From an uncultured Dehalococcoidia bacterium (GTDB taxonomy: Bacteria > Chloroflexota > Dehalococcoidia > Lucifugimonadales > CAJWER01), in assembly GCA_958296115.1 (NCBI GenBank), contig OY282442.1, positions 1,902,943 through 1,966,942 on the forward strand: DNA of 64,000 bases, in the 5' to 3' direction. The translations under genes and the position numbers were made by a program. The stretch's first letter is position 1, and every line of letters begins with the position of its first letter. Positions 27,117-34,989 of this stretch are shown one piece after another. A model generated the notes under the pieces. It searched no databases and had not been told where the DNA came from. It saw only the letters and a program-made list of their open reading frames with translations.

Positions 27117-27850
27117 GGGGAGGTTGCAGGCGGGACGCCTGCGCTCCTGCGCCTATGTCGCGTTGTCTCGGCCGGCTCCTTTCTGTTGGCGCTTTGGCGG
27201 GTTCTGGCCGCTTCTGCGCCTGGCTTGGGTGACCTGAATCACCCTCGCTCTAGCCCTTTCCCCTAGGGGGAGGGGCGCAGGGCGGGGCGTTTGCCCTCAC
27301 CCTGGCCCTTTCCCCCGTGAGGGAGAGGGTACTTGGCGGGTCTTGGGACCCGCGTCCTGTCTACTCCTGGTTTCTCCCGCTCTCGCGGGAGATGAGTATG
27401 CCTTGCAAGGCAGTGACTCCGGTACTTGCTTCGAGGATGCCGACGTCGATCGCCCGCCGACACTGGGGGTGCAGCCCCTCCTCTAACTTTCCCGGACGGC
27501 TGACGGTCCCTTGCGGGACCGCCTGCGTTTCGCGCTTGGACCTTCCACCCGCCAAGGCGTCGGGCTGCGCTGGCTACGGTCCTCCCGGTCGTCCGAGAGT
27601 CCGCACCTGGAACGGGGGAGACGTATTTGGCACTACGTCCTCCTGGCGAGGCGCCGAACATAGAGGGACCTTCTCGTACCGCGGGGGCCCCGTCCCAACA
27701 ACAGCCGCGGCATGAATACCCTGAAGATTTGGTAGAGGTGGGCTCTATGCTCGTTTGGAGTACGCCCCTTCGAGCCGTCTACCAGACTAGCACGGCTGTT
27801 CTCGCGGTGTCAAGGGGCGCTATGGGGCAATTTTGGGGCAATTTTCGGGG
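27117..27850. repeat. composite ~0.7-kb repeat, copy A (REP-like modules plus 298-nt conserved core at 27361..27658)
   Basis: It aligns by eye with 57985..58695 in the same orientation. The cores differ by 1 indel and 2 substitutions. Confidence 0.85.
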
Positions 27851-27860
27851 GCAAGGCCGG

Positions 27861-27912
27861 GGAATCACCCTCACCCTAGCCCTCTCCCGTCGAGGGAGAG
27901 GGGATGGGGAGC
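27861..27912. repeat. REP-like hairpin element (family 1)
   Basis: The sequence is GGAATCACCCTCACCCTAGCCCTCTCCCGTCGAGGGAGAGGGGATGGGGAG. Confidence 0.8.
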
Positions 27913-28103
27913 GCTGTCGAGACGCCTGCGGTCCTAGGATGAGGCGCGTTCGGCGAGAGTGTGCTAGGGTTGCGGATGGCTGGGCAGGCATTCCAACGGA
28001 GGAGTTGACGAATGGCGAACGCGGGCGCGTGGAGCAAGGTCACGCCTGCCGGGTTGTTCAGGCGCGGCGAGACGCAGGAGTGGGACAGGAAGGGTGGCGC
28101 GGC

Positions 28104-30068
28104 GTGAGCGGCCTGAACATCAGCAACTTCATATGGGGCATCGCGGACGACGTGCTGCGCGACATCTACGTGCGCGGCAAGTACAGGGACGTCATCCTGC
28201 CCATGACCGTCATCCGCCGCCTCGACGCGGTCTTGGAGCCGACGAAAGACGCCGCGCTCGCCATGAAGGCCCGGCTCGACGCCGCCGGCGTAGTGAACCA
28301 GGACGCCGCGCTGCGCAGCGAGTCCGGCCACGCCTTCTACAACACGTCGCCCTTCCGCCTGCGCGACCTCACCTCACGCGCCCGGCGGCAGCAGCTCAGG
28401 GCCGACTTCGAGGCATACCTCGACGGCTTCTCGCCAAACGTCCAGGAAGTCCTGGACAAGTTCAAGTTCCGCAACCAGATACCCACGCTGGTCGAGTCCG
28501 ACGCGCTGGGCTTCCTCATCGAGAAGTTCACGGACGACTCCATCAACCTCAGCCCGAGTCCGGACGTGGGCGCGGACGGCGAGACGATGGAGGGACTCGA
28601 CAACCACTCGATGGGGACGATATTCGAGGAGCTGATCCGGCGCTTCAACGAGGAGAACAACGAGGAGGCGGGCGAGCACTTCACGCCCCGCGACGTGGTG
28701 GAGCTGATGGCCCGCTTGGTGTTCATGCCGGTAGCGGACGAGATACGCTCCGGCACGTATCTGGTCTACGACGGCGCTTGCGGCACCGGCGGCATGTTGT
28801 CGGTGGCCGAGAACACCCTATACGACCTTGCCCAAGAGCGCGGCAAGGACGTGTCCATTCACCTGTACGGGCAGGAGGTGAACGCGGAGACCTACGCCAT
28901 CAGCAAGGCCGACATGCTGCTGAAGGGCGAGGGCGAAGAGGCGGACAACATGAAGTACGGCTCCACGCTTTCGGACGACGCCTTCCCGTCCTACGAGTTC
29001 GACTTCATGCTCTCCAATCCGCCTTACGGCAAGTCTTGGAAGAGCGACATGGAGCGCATGGGCGGCAAGAAGGACCTCGACGACCAGCGCTTCCTGACAG
29101 GGCACGGCGGCGACCCCGAATACAGCCTCGCCACGCGCTCCAGCGACGGCCAGATGATGTTCTTGGCGAACATGTTGAGCAAGATGAAGCATGGCGCCCT
29201 GTTGGGCAGCCGCATCGCGGAGGTTCACAACGGAAGCTCGCTGTTCACGGGCGACGCCGGGCAGGGCGAGAGCAACATCCGGCGCTGGATAATCGAGAAC
29301 GACTGGCTGGAAGCCATCGTCGCCCTGCCGCTCAACATGTTCTACAACACCGGCATCGCCACCTACATATGGGTCTTGACCAACCGCAAGCCGAAGCATC
29401 GGCGGGGCTTCGCGCAGCTCATAGACGCATCGGGTTGGCACGAGCCGATGCGGAAGAACCTGGGGTCGAAGAACCGCGAGCTGTCCGGCGAGTGCATCCA
29501 GCGCATATGCGGCGCCTTCCTGGCGTTCGAGGAGAGCGAGCAGTCGAAGATATTCCCCAACGAGGCGTTCGGCTACCACAAGGTAACCGTCGAGCGTCCG
29601 CTGCGAATCGAGGGCGCCGAACCCGGGCGCGTGTACAAGCCGGCGGAGGCGAGGGCGCTGCGGGACCAGGGCAGGCGCTCGGAGGACGCTCCTCCGCTCA
29701 TACGCAGGCTCATCATGCGCGGCGCGAAGCCCGACCCGATGCGCGGCCTGTTCGAGGCCGTCATAGACGGCAAGCCGCGCGTCGTCGAGTATTGGCCCGA
29801 CCCGGACCTGCGCGACACCGAGCAGGCGCCGATGCTGGAAGACGACGGAGTCGAGGCGTACCTGCGGCGGGAGGTTCTGCCCTACGCCCCGGACGCCTGG
29901 CACGACCCCGCCAGCGTCAAGATAGGCTACGAGATAAGCTTCACGCGCCACTTCTACAAGCCGCAGCCAATGCGGGCGCTGGAGGAGATACAGGCTGATA
30001 TAATGGCGGCGGAGCGGGAGACGGAGGGGCTGCTGGCGGAGATAGCGGGAGCGGCCTCAGCAAGGTGA
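28104..30068 (+). CDS. hsdM: Type I restriction-modification system, DNA methyltransferase subunit M
   Basis: It has an HsdM_N-like N-terminus (NFIWGIADDVLRDIYVRGKYRDVILPMTVIRRLD), the AdoMet motif YDGACGTGGML, and the catalytic LSNPPYGKSW. The GTG at 28104 follows AGGAAGGG. The track ORF from 27627 runs through the upstream repeat. Confidence 0.9.
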   Translation: MSGLNISNFIWGIADDVLRDIYVRGKYRDVILPMTVIRRLDAVLEPTKDAALAMKARLDAAGVVNQDAALRSESGHAFYNTSPFRLRDLTSRARRQQLRADFEAYLDGFSPNVQEVLDKFKFRNQIPTLVESDALGFLIEKFTDDSINLSPSPDVGADGETMEGLDNHSMGTIFEELIRRFNEENNEEAGEHFTPRDVVELMARLVFMPVADEIRSGTYLVYDGACGTGGMLSVAENTLYDLAQERGKDVSIHLYGQEVNAETYAISKADMLLKGEGEEADNMKYGSTLSDDAFPSYEFDFMLSNPPYGKSWKSDMERMGGKKDLDDQRFLTGHGGDPEYSLATRSSDGQMMFLANMLSKMKHGALLGSRIAEVHNGSSLFTGDAGQGESNIRRWIIENDWLEAIVALPLNMFYNTGIATYIWVLTNRKPKHRRGFAQLIDASGWHEPMRKNLGSKNRELSGECIQRICGAFLAFEESEQSKIFPNEAFGYHKVTVERPLRIEGAEPGRVYKPAEARALRDQGRRSEDAPPLIRRLIMRGAKPDPMRGLFEAVIDGKPRVVEYWPDPDLRDTEQAPMLEDDGVEAYLRREVLPYAPDAWHDPASVKIGYEISFTRHFYKPQPMRALEEIQADIMAAERETEGLLAEIAGAASAR

Positions 30069-30074
30069 ACGACC

Positions 30075-30515
30075 ATGACTGCCATTTCGCAGACAACCGA
30101 GCTTACGCGGGAAGCGCTTCGCACTGCGTCCGACGGACATGCCAAGACGTTTGACCCCTTGGATGTTCCGGCGCGGCTGGACGAGTTCCGAGGCATGAAT
30201 GACGGCTGGCTCGAAGGGAGCGGTAGAGCGCCCGGCCATGCGGGGCTTGACTGGCTGTCCGCCAGCTTCCGCCGCTTCTACCCTGGCGATACCCCCTTGC
30301 CGCACACCTATCCCACTGACGAAGGCGGCGTCCGCATGGAATGGTCCTGCGGAAGCGACGTCATGGCGCTCGAGATAGACCTGGACACCCATCGCGGCGA
30401 ATGGCTCTGGTTCGACCGGGACTCCGACGACGAGCGCGAGCATACCCTGAACATGGACGCGAGCGCCGATTGGGAATGGCTTGCCCAGGAAATCAACGGC
30501 TCGCCTAGCGTATGA
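30075..30515 (+). CDS. hypothetical acidic, Trp-rich 146-aa protein (first gene of the cassette inside the R-M operon)
   Basis: The ATG is 7 nt after the hsdM stop. The composition is protein-like (GWLEGSG, LDWLSASF, GGVRMEWSCG, GEWLWFDRDSDDE). I recognise no family. Confidence 0.55.
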   Translation: MTAISQTTELTREALRTASDGHAKTFDPLDVPARLDEFRGMNDGWLEGSGRAPGHAGLDWLSASFRRFYPGDTPLPHTYPTDEGGVRMEWSCGSDVMALEIDLDTHRGEWLWFDRDSDDEREHTLNMDASADWEWLAQEINGSPSV

Positions 30516-30545
30516 TATACTGGCGCCTCGAGCGGGAGGATGACC

Positions 30546-31103
30546 ATGGCCAAGCGGCACAACGTGTTCATCAGCTACTATTACGAGCAGGATAAAGAAT
30601 GCAAAGACCGGCTCGTCAGAGCGCTTGGCGACGGCATCGTGGACATGTCGGTCAATATCGGCGACATAGTCGACGTCCAGAATCCCACGGAAGCGACCCT
30701 CCAGAGGATTCGAGAGGATCATATAGCCCAGGTATCCGTGACGATCGTTCTGATAGGCCCCTGCACCTGGCAGCGGAAATACGTGGACTGGGAAATCGGG
30801 GCCAGCCTGAGGGACACTCCCACAAACCCCAGATGCGGTCTGCTGGGCATCCTCTTGCCCACTCATCCAGCACACGGAAAGGAAAGATACGACCCTCACT
30901 TGATTCCGCCGAGATTGGCGGCTAATACAGGCGGGGACGATCCCTACGCATTGGTCTATAGGTGGGCGCTCGATAAAGAAGAGATCCTTGGTTGGATTCA
31001 CCGGGCGTTCCTGCGCAGGAAGAAGCAGCCAGACCCGGACATCAGCCTGAAGCCGTTTGGACGCAACTGGAACAGGCCTTGCTCGGAAGGCTGGCAGGGC
31101 TAA
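30546..31103 (+). CDS. TIR-like domain protein (DUF1863/ThsB-like)
   Basis: It shows NVFISYYYEQDKECKDRL..., VTIVLIGPCTWQRKYVDWEIGASL (the WxxxE region with the candidate catalytic Glu), and GLLGILLP. A GGGAGG lies 6 nt before the ATG at 30546. Confidence 0.75.
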   Translation: MAKRHNVFISYYYEQDKECKDRLVRALGDGIVDMSVNIGDIVDVQNPTEATLQRIREDHIAQVSVTIVLIGPCTWQRKYVDWEIGASLRDTPTNPRCGLLGILLPTHPAHGKERYDPHLIPPRLAANTGGDDPYALVYRWALDKEEILGWIHRAFLRRKKQPDPDISLKPFGRNWNRPCSEGWQG

Positions 31104-31114
31104 GCGAGGGCTAT

Positions 31115-31555
31115 ATGACAAGCAACACCAACCTCGGCGTGGAGTCGCCGGCTGTGCAGGCGCACCTGTCCATCATGCAGGGCGTCATACAGCGCATGGC
31201 GGAGAATAGCCGCTCGTGCAAGCTGTGGTGCATAGCGCTGGTCGCCGCCACGCTGGTCCTCGTGGCGCGGCTCGAAAGGCCGGAGTACGTCTTGTTGACG
31301 CTCCTCCCGGCCGTGATGTTCCTGGTACTGGACACGTACTATCTCGCGCTGGAGCGGGCGTTACGAGGCTCCTACGAGGGGTTCGTCGGGAAGCTTCACG
31401 CGGGCGGGCTCGCCGCGTCCGACCTGTACGAGGTGAAGCCGTCCGGCTCCGTGCCCAAGATCTTCGTGGCGTGCCTGCGGTCGTTTTCGATATTGCCGTT
31501 TTACATTACGCTCGTGGTTATGGTATCATTGGCGTGGTGGGTGGTTGGGCTATGA
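31115..31555 (+). CDS. small 3-TM membrane protein (candidate effector; SLATT-like by impression only)
   Basis: 146 aa. An N-terminal amphipathic helix is followed by KLWCIALVAATLVLVA, YVLLTLLPAVMFLVLDTYYLAL and SFSILPFYITLVVMVSLAWWVV. The ATG is 12 nt after the TIR gene stop. Confidence 0.6.
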   Translation: MTSNTNLGVESPAVQAHLSIMQGVIQRMAENSRSCKLWCIALVAATLVLVARLERPEYVLLTLLPAVMFLVLDTYYLALERALRGSYEGFVGKLHAGGLAASDLYEVKPSGSVPKIFVACLRSFSILPFYITLVVMVSLAWWVVGL

Positions 31556-31586
31556 GGGCTGGACCCCGGACGCCGGCTGAGGACAG

Positions 31587-31808
31587 ATGGAGCGAGAGAT
31601 GAACATTGGCGAGTTGACAATCTCCGATGAGGAGCGGGAGTTCACCGATCGGTTCGAGTCGTCGGAGGACCTGAGGCGGTTCTTCGAGGAGTGCGACGCC
31701 CGCGAAGGCCCAGGCGTGGAACCGGATTGGGAGGAGCATAAGCGCGTAATCGGCGAATCGCGGCTGCTCGGCCTGCCGGCCGCCGTGAAACTGGTCTGCG
31801 CCACCTAG
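31587..31808 (+). CDS. very acidic 73-aa hypothetical protein
   Basis: The sequence begins MEREMNIGELTISDEEREFTDRFESSEDLRRFFEECDAREGPGVEPDWEEH... It is co-directional and sits between the TM gene and the second TIR gene. Confidence 0.45.
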   Translation: MEREMNIGELTISDEEREFTDRFESSEDLRRFFEECDAREGPGVEPDWEEHKRVIGESRLLGLPAAVKLVCAT

Positions 31809-31837
31809 TAGAAATGCAACAGGCAGAGGAGTAAGTC

Positions 31838-32437
31838 ATGTCTGAGAATATACGGAACGTCTTTATCAGCCACATACACCAGGATGACGAAGGCCTGAAG
31901 GGTCTTAAGAGATTGGCGGAAAAACGCGGAATGGTTTGCCGTGACTCGTCAATCACTATTGGCAAATTCAATAAGGCTACCAATGAGGATTACATAAAGT
32001 ACCAAATACTAGCGCCACACATCCGATGGGCCAGTGTGCTTGTCGTGTACATCTCTCCTGACACCAAGTGCAGTCGTTGGGTGAACTGGGAGATAGAGTA
32101 TGCCTATAAACAGGGGAAGAGGATAATTGGGGTATGGGAATGGGGCGCGAGGGATTGCGACGTTCCCGAAGCCCTCTACCGTTATGGAGACACGGTAGTG
32201 GGCTGGAACGGAGAGAGCATTGTAGATGCGATAAACGGCAAGTCCACTGAATGGCGCAATAAGGTTGATTCCAAGCAGAATGATTCGATCATCACTGCCA
32301 TCATCGGTATTGGCTTGTGCGTGATAGCCTACAAGTTCATCCAGCATCGGAAACAGTCCGCCTATGAGAGATTTGGATATAGTGAGCCTGTGGTGGGCTA
32401 CAGAAGACCACGCAGTCCTCGCTTTTATCGGCGCTAA
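31838..32437 (+). CDS. TIR-domain protein with C-terminal transmembrane anchor
   Basis: It shows NVFISHIHQDDEGLKGL..., VLVVYISPDTKCSRWVNWEIEYAYKQGKRIIGVW, a TM helix IITAIIGIGLCVIAYKFI, and a basic tail. A GAGGAG RBS is present. The gene is markedly AT-richer than its neighbours. Confidence 0.75.
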   Translation: MSENIRNVFISHIHQDDEGLKGLKRLAEKRGMVCRDSSITIGKFNKATNEDYIKYQILAPHIRWASVLVVYISPDTKCSRWVNWEIEYAYKQGKRIIGVWEWGARDCDVPEALYRYGDTVVGWNGESIVDAINGKSTEWRNKVDSKQNDSIITAIIGIGLCVIAYKFIQHRKQSAYERFGYSEPVVGYRRPRSPRFYRR

Positions 32438-32501
32438 TATGCGCTGAATTGAGAGTTGAACTGCACCCAATAAGGCCGATCTTATAGGGTGGCTGGCTCG
32501 C

Positions 32502-33824
32502 ATGTTTGCTAACAATATCAAGCCCTACCCTGAGTACAAGCCTTCCGGCATTGAGTGGCTGGGAGACGCGCCGGCTCATTGGGAGAACAAGCGTGCAAAA
32601 TGGCTGTTCCGCAAAATGATTAGGCCAGTTCGGAAGAGTGATGAGATCATCACTTGTTTCCGTGATGGTACTGTGACGCTTCGGAAAAACCGTCGCGAGT
32701 CTGGGTTCACGGAGGCTTTAAAGGAGATCGGATATCAAGGCATTCGCCATGGCGACCTTGTTATACACAGTATGGATGCATTCGCTGGCGCTATTGGTGT
32801 GGCTGACTCAGATGGAAAAGGCAGTCCCATCTATGCGGTTTGCAAGGCCGGCGCTCTCGCAAATGCTCATTACTACGCACATCTTCTCCGCGAGATGGCC
32901 CACAACCAATGGATAAAAGCGCTGGCAAAAGGAATCAGAGAACGCTCGTCTGACTTCAGGTACACAGATTTTGGTTTGCAGCTACTCCCTCTCCCACCCC
33001 TCCACGAACAGGCCGCCATCGCGCGGTATCTGGACCATGTGGATGGGCGTATCCAGCGGTATGTTCGGGCGAAGGAGCGGCTGGTGGAGCTGCTGTCCGA
33101 GTATCGGCGGGCGGTCATCGAGCGCGCCGTTACGCGGGGGCTCGACCCGCACGTTCGCCTCAAGCCTTCGGGCGTCGAGTGGCTGGGGGACGTACCAGCG
33201 CATTGGGAAGTGCGGCGGCTGAAATATGTGGCAACTCTTATAATGGGACAATCTCCTCCATCCAGCGATTGCAGCGACACTCCAGTAGGGCTACCGTTCC
33301 TGCAAGGCTGTGCCGAATTCGGAACACGCCATCCAAGTCCCGTACAGTTCTGCCGTACCCCTGCTAAAGTCAGTCCAGCGGGTGCAATTCTTATGTCCGT
33401 CCGAGCGCCGGTAGGACGATTGAACATGGCAGATAGAGAATATGGTATTGGTCGGGGCCTCTGTGCCATTCTTCCCGACAATGAAATCCTGCACACAGGC
33501 ATTGCCCAATACCAACTTGAAGTGCTTGAACGCGGGTTGCTCTTGGCTTCAACCGGGTCAACCTACGATGCCGTCAGTATAGGTGATGTCGCCAGCCAAC
33601 CAGTCATACTTCCACCCATCGACGAGCAAGCCGCCATAGCCGACCACCTCGACGGGGTGACTGCCGGCATAGACGCGGCGGTTAGCCTGGCGCGTCGGCA
33701 GGCGGAGTTGATGCGGGAGTATCGGGCGCGGTTGATTGCGGACGTGGTTACTGGCAAGATAGACGTGCGCGAGGCGGCGGCGGGCTTGCCGGCTGGGGCA
33801 GACGAGCAGGCCGGTGCGCTATAA
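32502..33824 (+). CDS. hsdS: Type I restriction-modification system, specificity subunit S (two TRDs)
   Basis: The conserved central and distal helices LPPLHEQAAIARYLD and LPPIDEQAAIADHLD each follow a GVEWLG/IEWLG...PAHWE variable domain. Confidence 0.9.
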   Translation: MFANNIKPYPEYKPSGIEWLGDAPAHWENKRAKWLFRKMIRPVRKSDEIITCFRDGTVTLRKNRRESGFTEALKEIGYQGIRHGDLVIHSMDAFAGAIGVADSDGKGSPIYAVCKAGALANAHYYAHLLREMAHNQWIKALAKGIRERSSDFRYTDFGLQLLPLPPLHEQAAIARYLDHVDGRIQRYVRAKERLVELLSEYRRAVIERAVTRGLDPHVRLKPSGVEWLGDVPAHWEVRRLKYVATLIMGQSPPSSDCSDTPVGLPFLQGCAEFGTRHPSPVQFCRTPAKVSPAGAILMSVRAPVGRLNMADREYGIGRGLCAILPDNEILHTGIAQYQLEVLERGLLLASTGSTYDAVSIGDVASQPVILPPIDEQAAIADHLDGVTAGIDAAVSLARRQAELMREYRARLIADVVTGKIDVREAAAGLPAGADEQAGAL

Positions 33825-33870
33825 TGCCGCCGAGAGGCCGGCAGACGCCGCGAAGAGGTTTGGACATAGG

Positions 33871-34989
33871 ATGAGGAACAGGCTTCACTCGATAAAGCTT
33901 CGGGGGTTCAAGACGATTCACGGGCTCGACGGGTTCGAGCCTGGACCCCTGAGCGTGCTCATCGGCCCGAATGGGGCTGGCAAGTCGAACTTCATATCCT
34001 TCTTCCAGATGATGAATCAGACTTTGGATGACGAGTACGGCCTCTCGCTCTACGTGGCGCAGCAGGGCGGAGCAAGCAAGCTTCTCCACGACGGGCCCGC
34101 CACAACTACTGAAATGAGAGCAACAATAGAACTGGTGTCCCAAGACCGTACAAGTTTCCACTACTGTTTTCGGTTGGGTTACGCGGCGAGGGACACCCTG
34201 ATCTTTACTGACGAGCATCACCAACATTGGGTTTGGCCGGAGGATTACGGACAGCGCGAACGGGAAGAGGGCGAGCGCGAAAGCGGGCAGCGGTTTCCGC
34301 GGATTCTCATTCATGCAGACTATGGCACCCCCGCCAGCGTCACCTGGGCCTTTCTGATGAACATTGATGTACATCAGTTCCACAACACGTCGGCGACGGC
34401 CCGGATGCAGACCATGTGGCGGGTCAACGACAACCGCTACCTCAAGGAAGACGCGGGCAACATCGCCCCCGTGCTGCTCCGCCTGAAGAGGGAAGACGGC
34501 AGATGCTACCGGCGGATTGTGGATACTATACGTCTGATTCTGCCGTTCTTCTCGGATTTCGAGCTGGAGCCTGATAAAGGTCACCTGCTGCTCGCCTGGC
34601 GCGAGCGGGGCAGCGACCAGGTGTTCGACGTTTCGCAGGCGTCGGACGGGATGCTGCGGGTCATATCGCTGGTTACGCTCCTGCTCCAGCCGGAAGAGGG
34701 GCTGCCGGAGGTGCTGATACTGGACGAGCCGGAGCTCGGGCTGCACCCATCCGCCATCAACGTGATAGGGGGGCTGATACGCGCCGCGTCAACGAAGACG
34801 CAGGTCATCGCCGCCACGCAGTCCGCCGCGCTGGTGGACTGCTTCGAGCCGGAGGATATTGTGGTGGTCGAGCGCGAGGAGCGCAGGTCCGTGTTCAGGA
34901 GGCTGGACCCGGAGTCGCTGAGTGAATGGCTGAAGGAGTATTCGCTCTCGGAGCTGTGGGAGAAGAACGTGCTCGGAGGGCGGCCGTGA
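33871..34989 (+). CDS. ABC-type AAA ATPase (AAA_15/AAA_21, COG4637-like)
   Basis: It has Walker A GPNGAGKSN, an ABC-signature-like ASDGMLR, and Walker B VLILDEPELGLHP. The ATG at 33871 (MRNRLHSIKLRGFKTI) is preferred over the GTG at 33814, which would overlap hsdS. Confidence 0.8.
   Translation: MRNRLHSIKLRGFKTIHGLDGFEPGPLSVLIGPNGAGKSNFISFFQMMNQTLDDEYGLSLYVAQQGGASKLLHDGPATTTEMRATIELVSQDRTSFHYCFRLGYAARDTLIFTDEHHQHWVWPEDYGQREREEGERESGQRFPRILIHADYGTPASVTWAFLMNIDVHQFHNTSATARMQTMWRVNDNRYLKEDAGNIAPVLLRLKREDGRCYRRIVDTIRLILPFFSDFELEPDKGHLLLAWRERGSDQVFDVSQASDGMLRVISLVTLLLQPEEGLPEVLILDEPELGLHPSAINVIGGLIRAASTKTQVIAATQSAALVDCFEPEDIVVVEREERRSVFRRLDPESLSEWLKEYSLSELWEKNVLGGRP

Noticed and set aside
27361-27606. 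Possible group II intron 5' end: on the minus strand the core reads ...CCAG|GUGCGGACUCUCGG..., resembling the GUGCG intron start.
   Set aside because: I could find no domain V-like sequence (AGC triad, 34-nt bulged hairpin). There is no reverse-transcriptase or maturase ORF. Sequence conservation between the two copies continues well upstream of the putative 5' splice site.
27317-27715. ORFs inside the repeat core: 27317..27715 (+), 27263..27661 (-), 58209..58574 (-), and the 5' part of 57933..60815.
   Set aside because: A 1-nt indel between the copies shifts the frame. All four substitutions (the two in the core plus the compensatory pair) are non-synonymous in the plus-frame ORF. The products are Arg/Pro/Gly-rich. 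Compensatory stem changes fit RNA-level rather than protein-level constraint.
30075-32437. The cassette might be canonical Thoeris (ThsA plus ThsB).
   Set aside because: There is no SIR2, Macro or fused SLOG effector gene in or next to the cassette. The only SLOG-like genes (26244..26945 and 41025..41519) are separate, not co-oriented with or adjacent to the TIR genes. I have therefore treated the cassette as a distinct TIR-TM arrangement.
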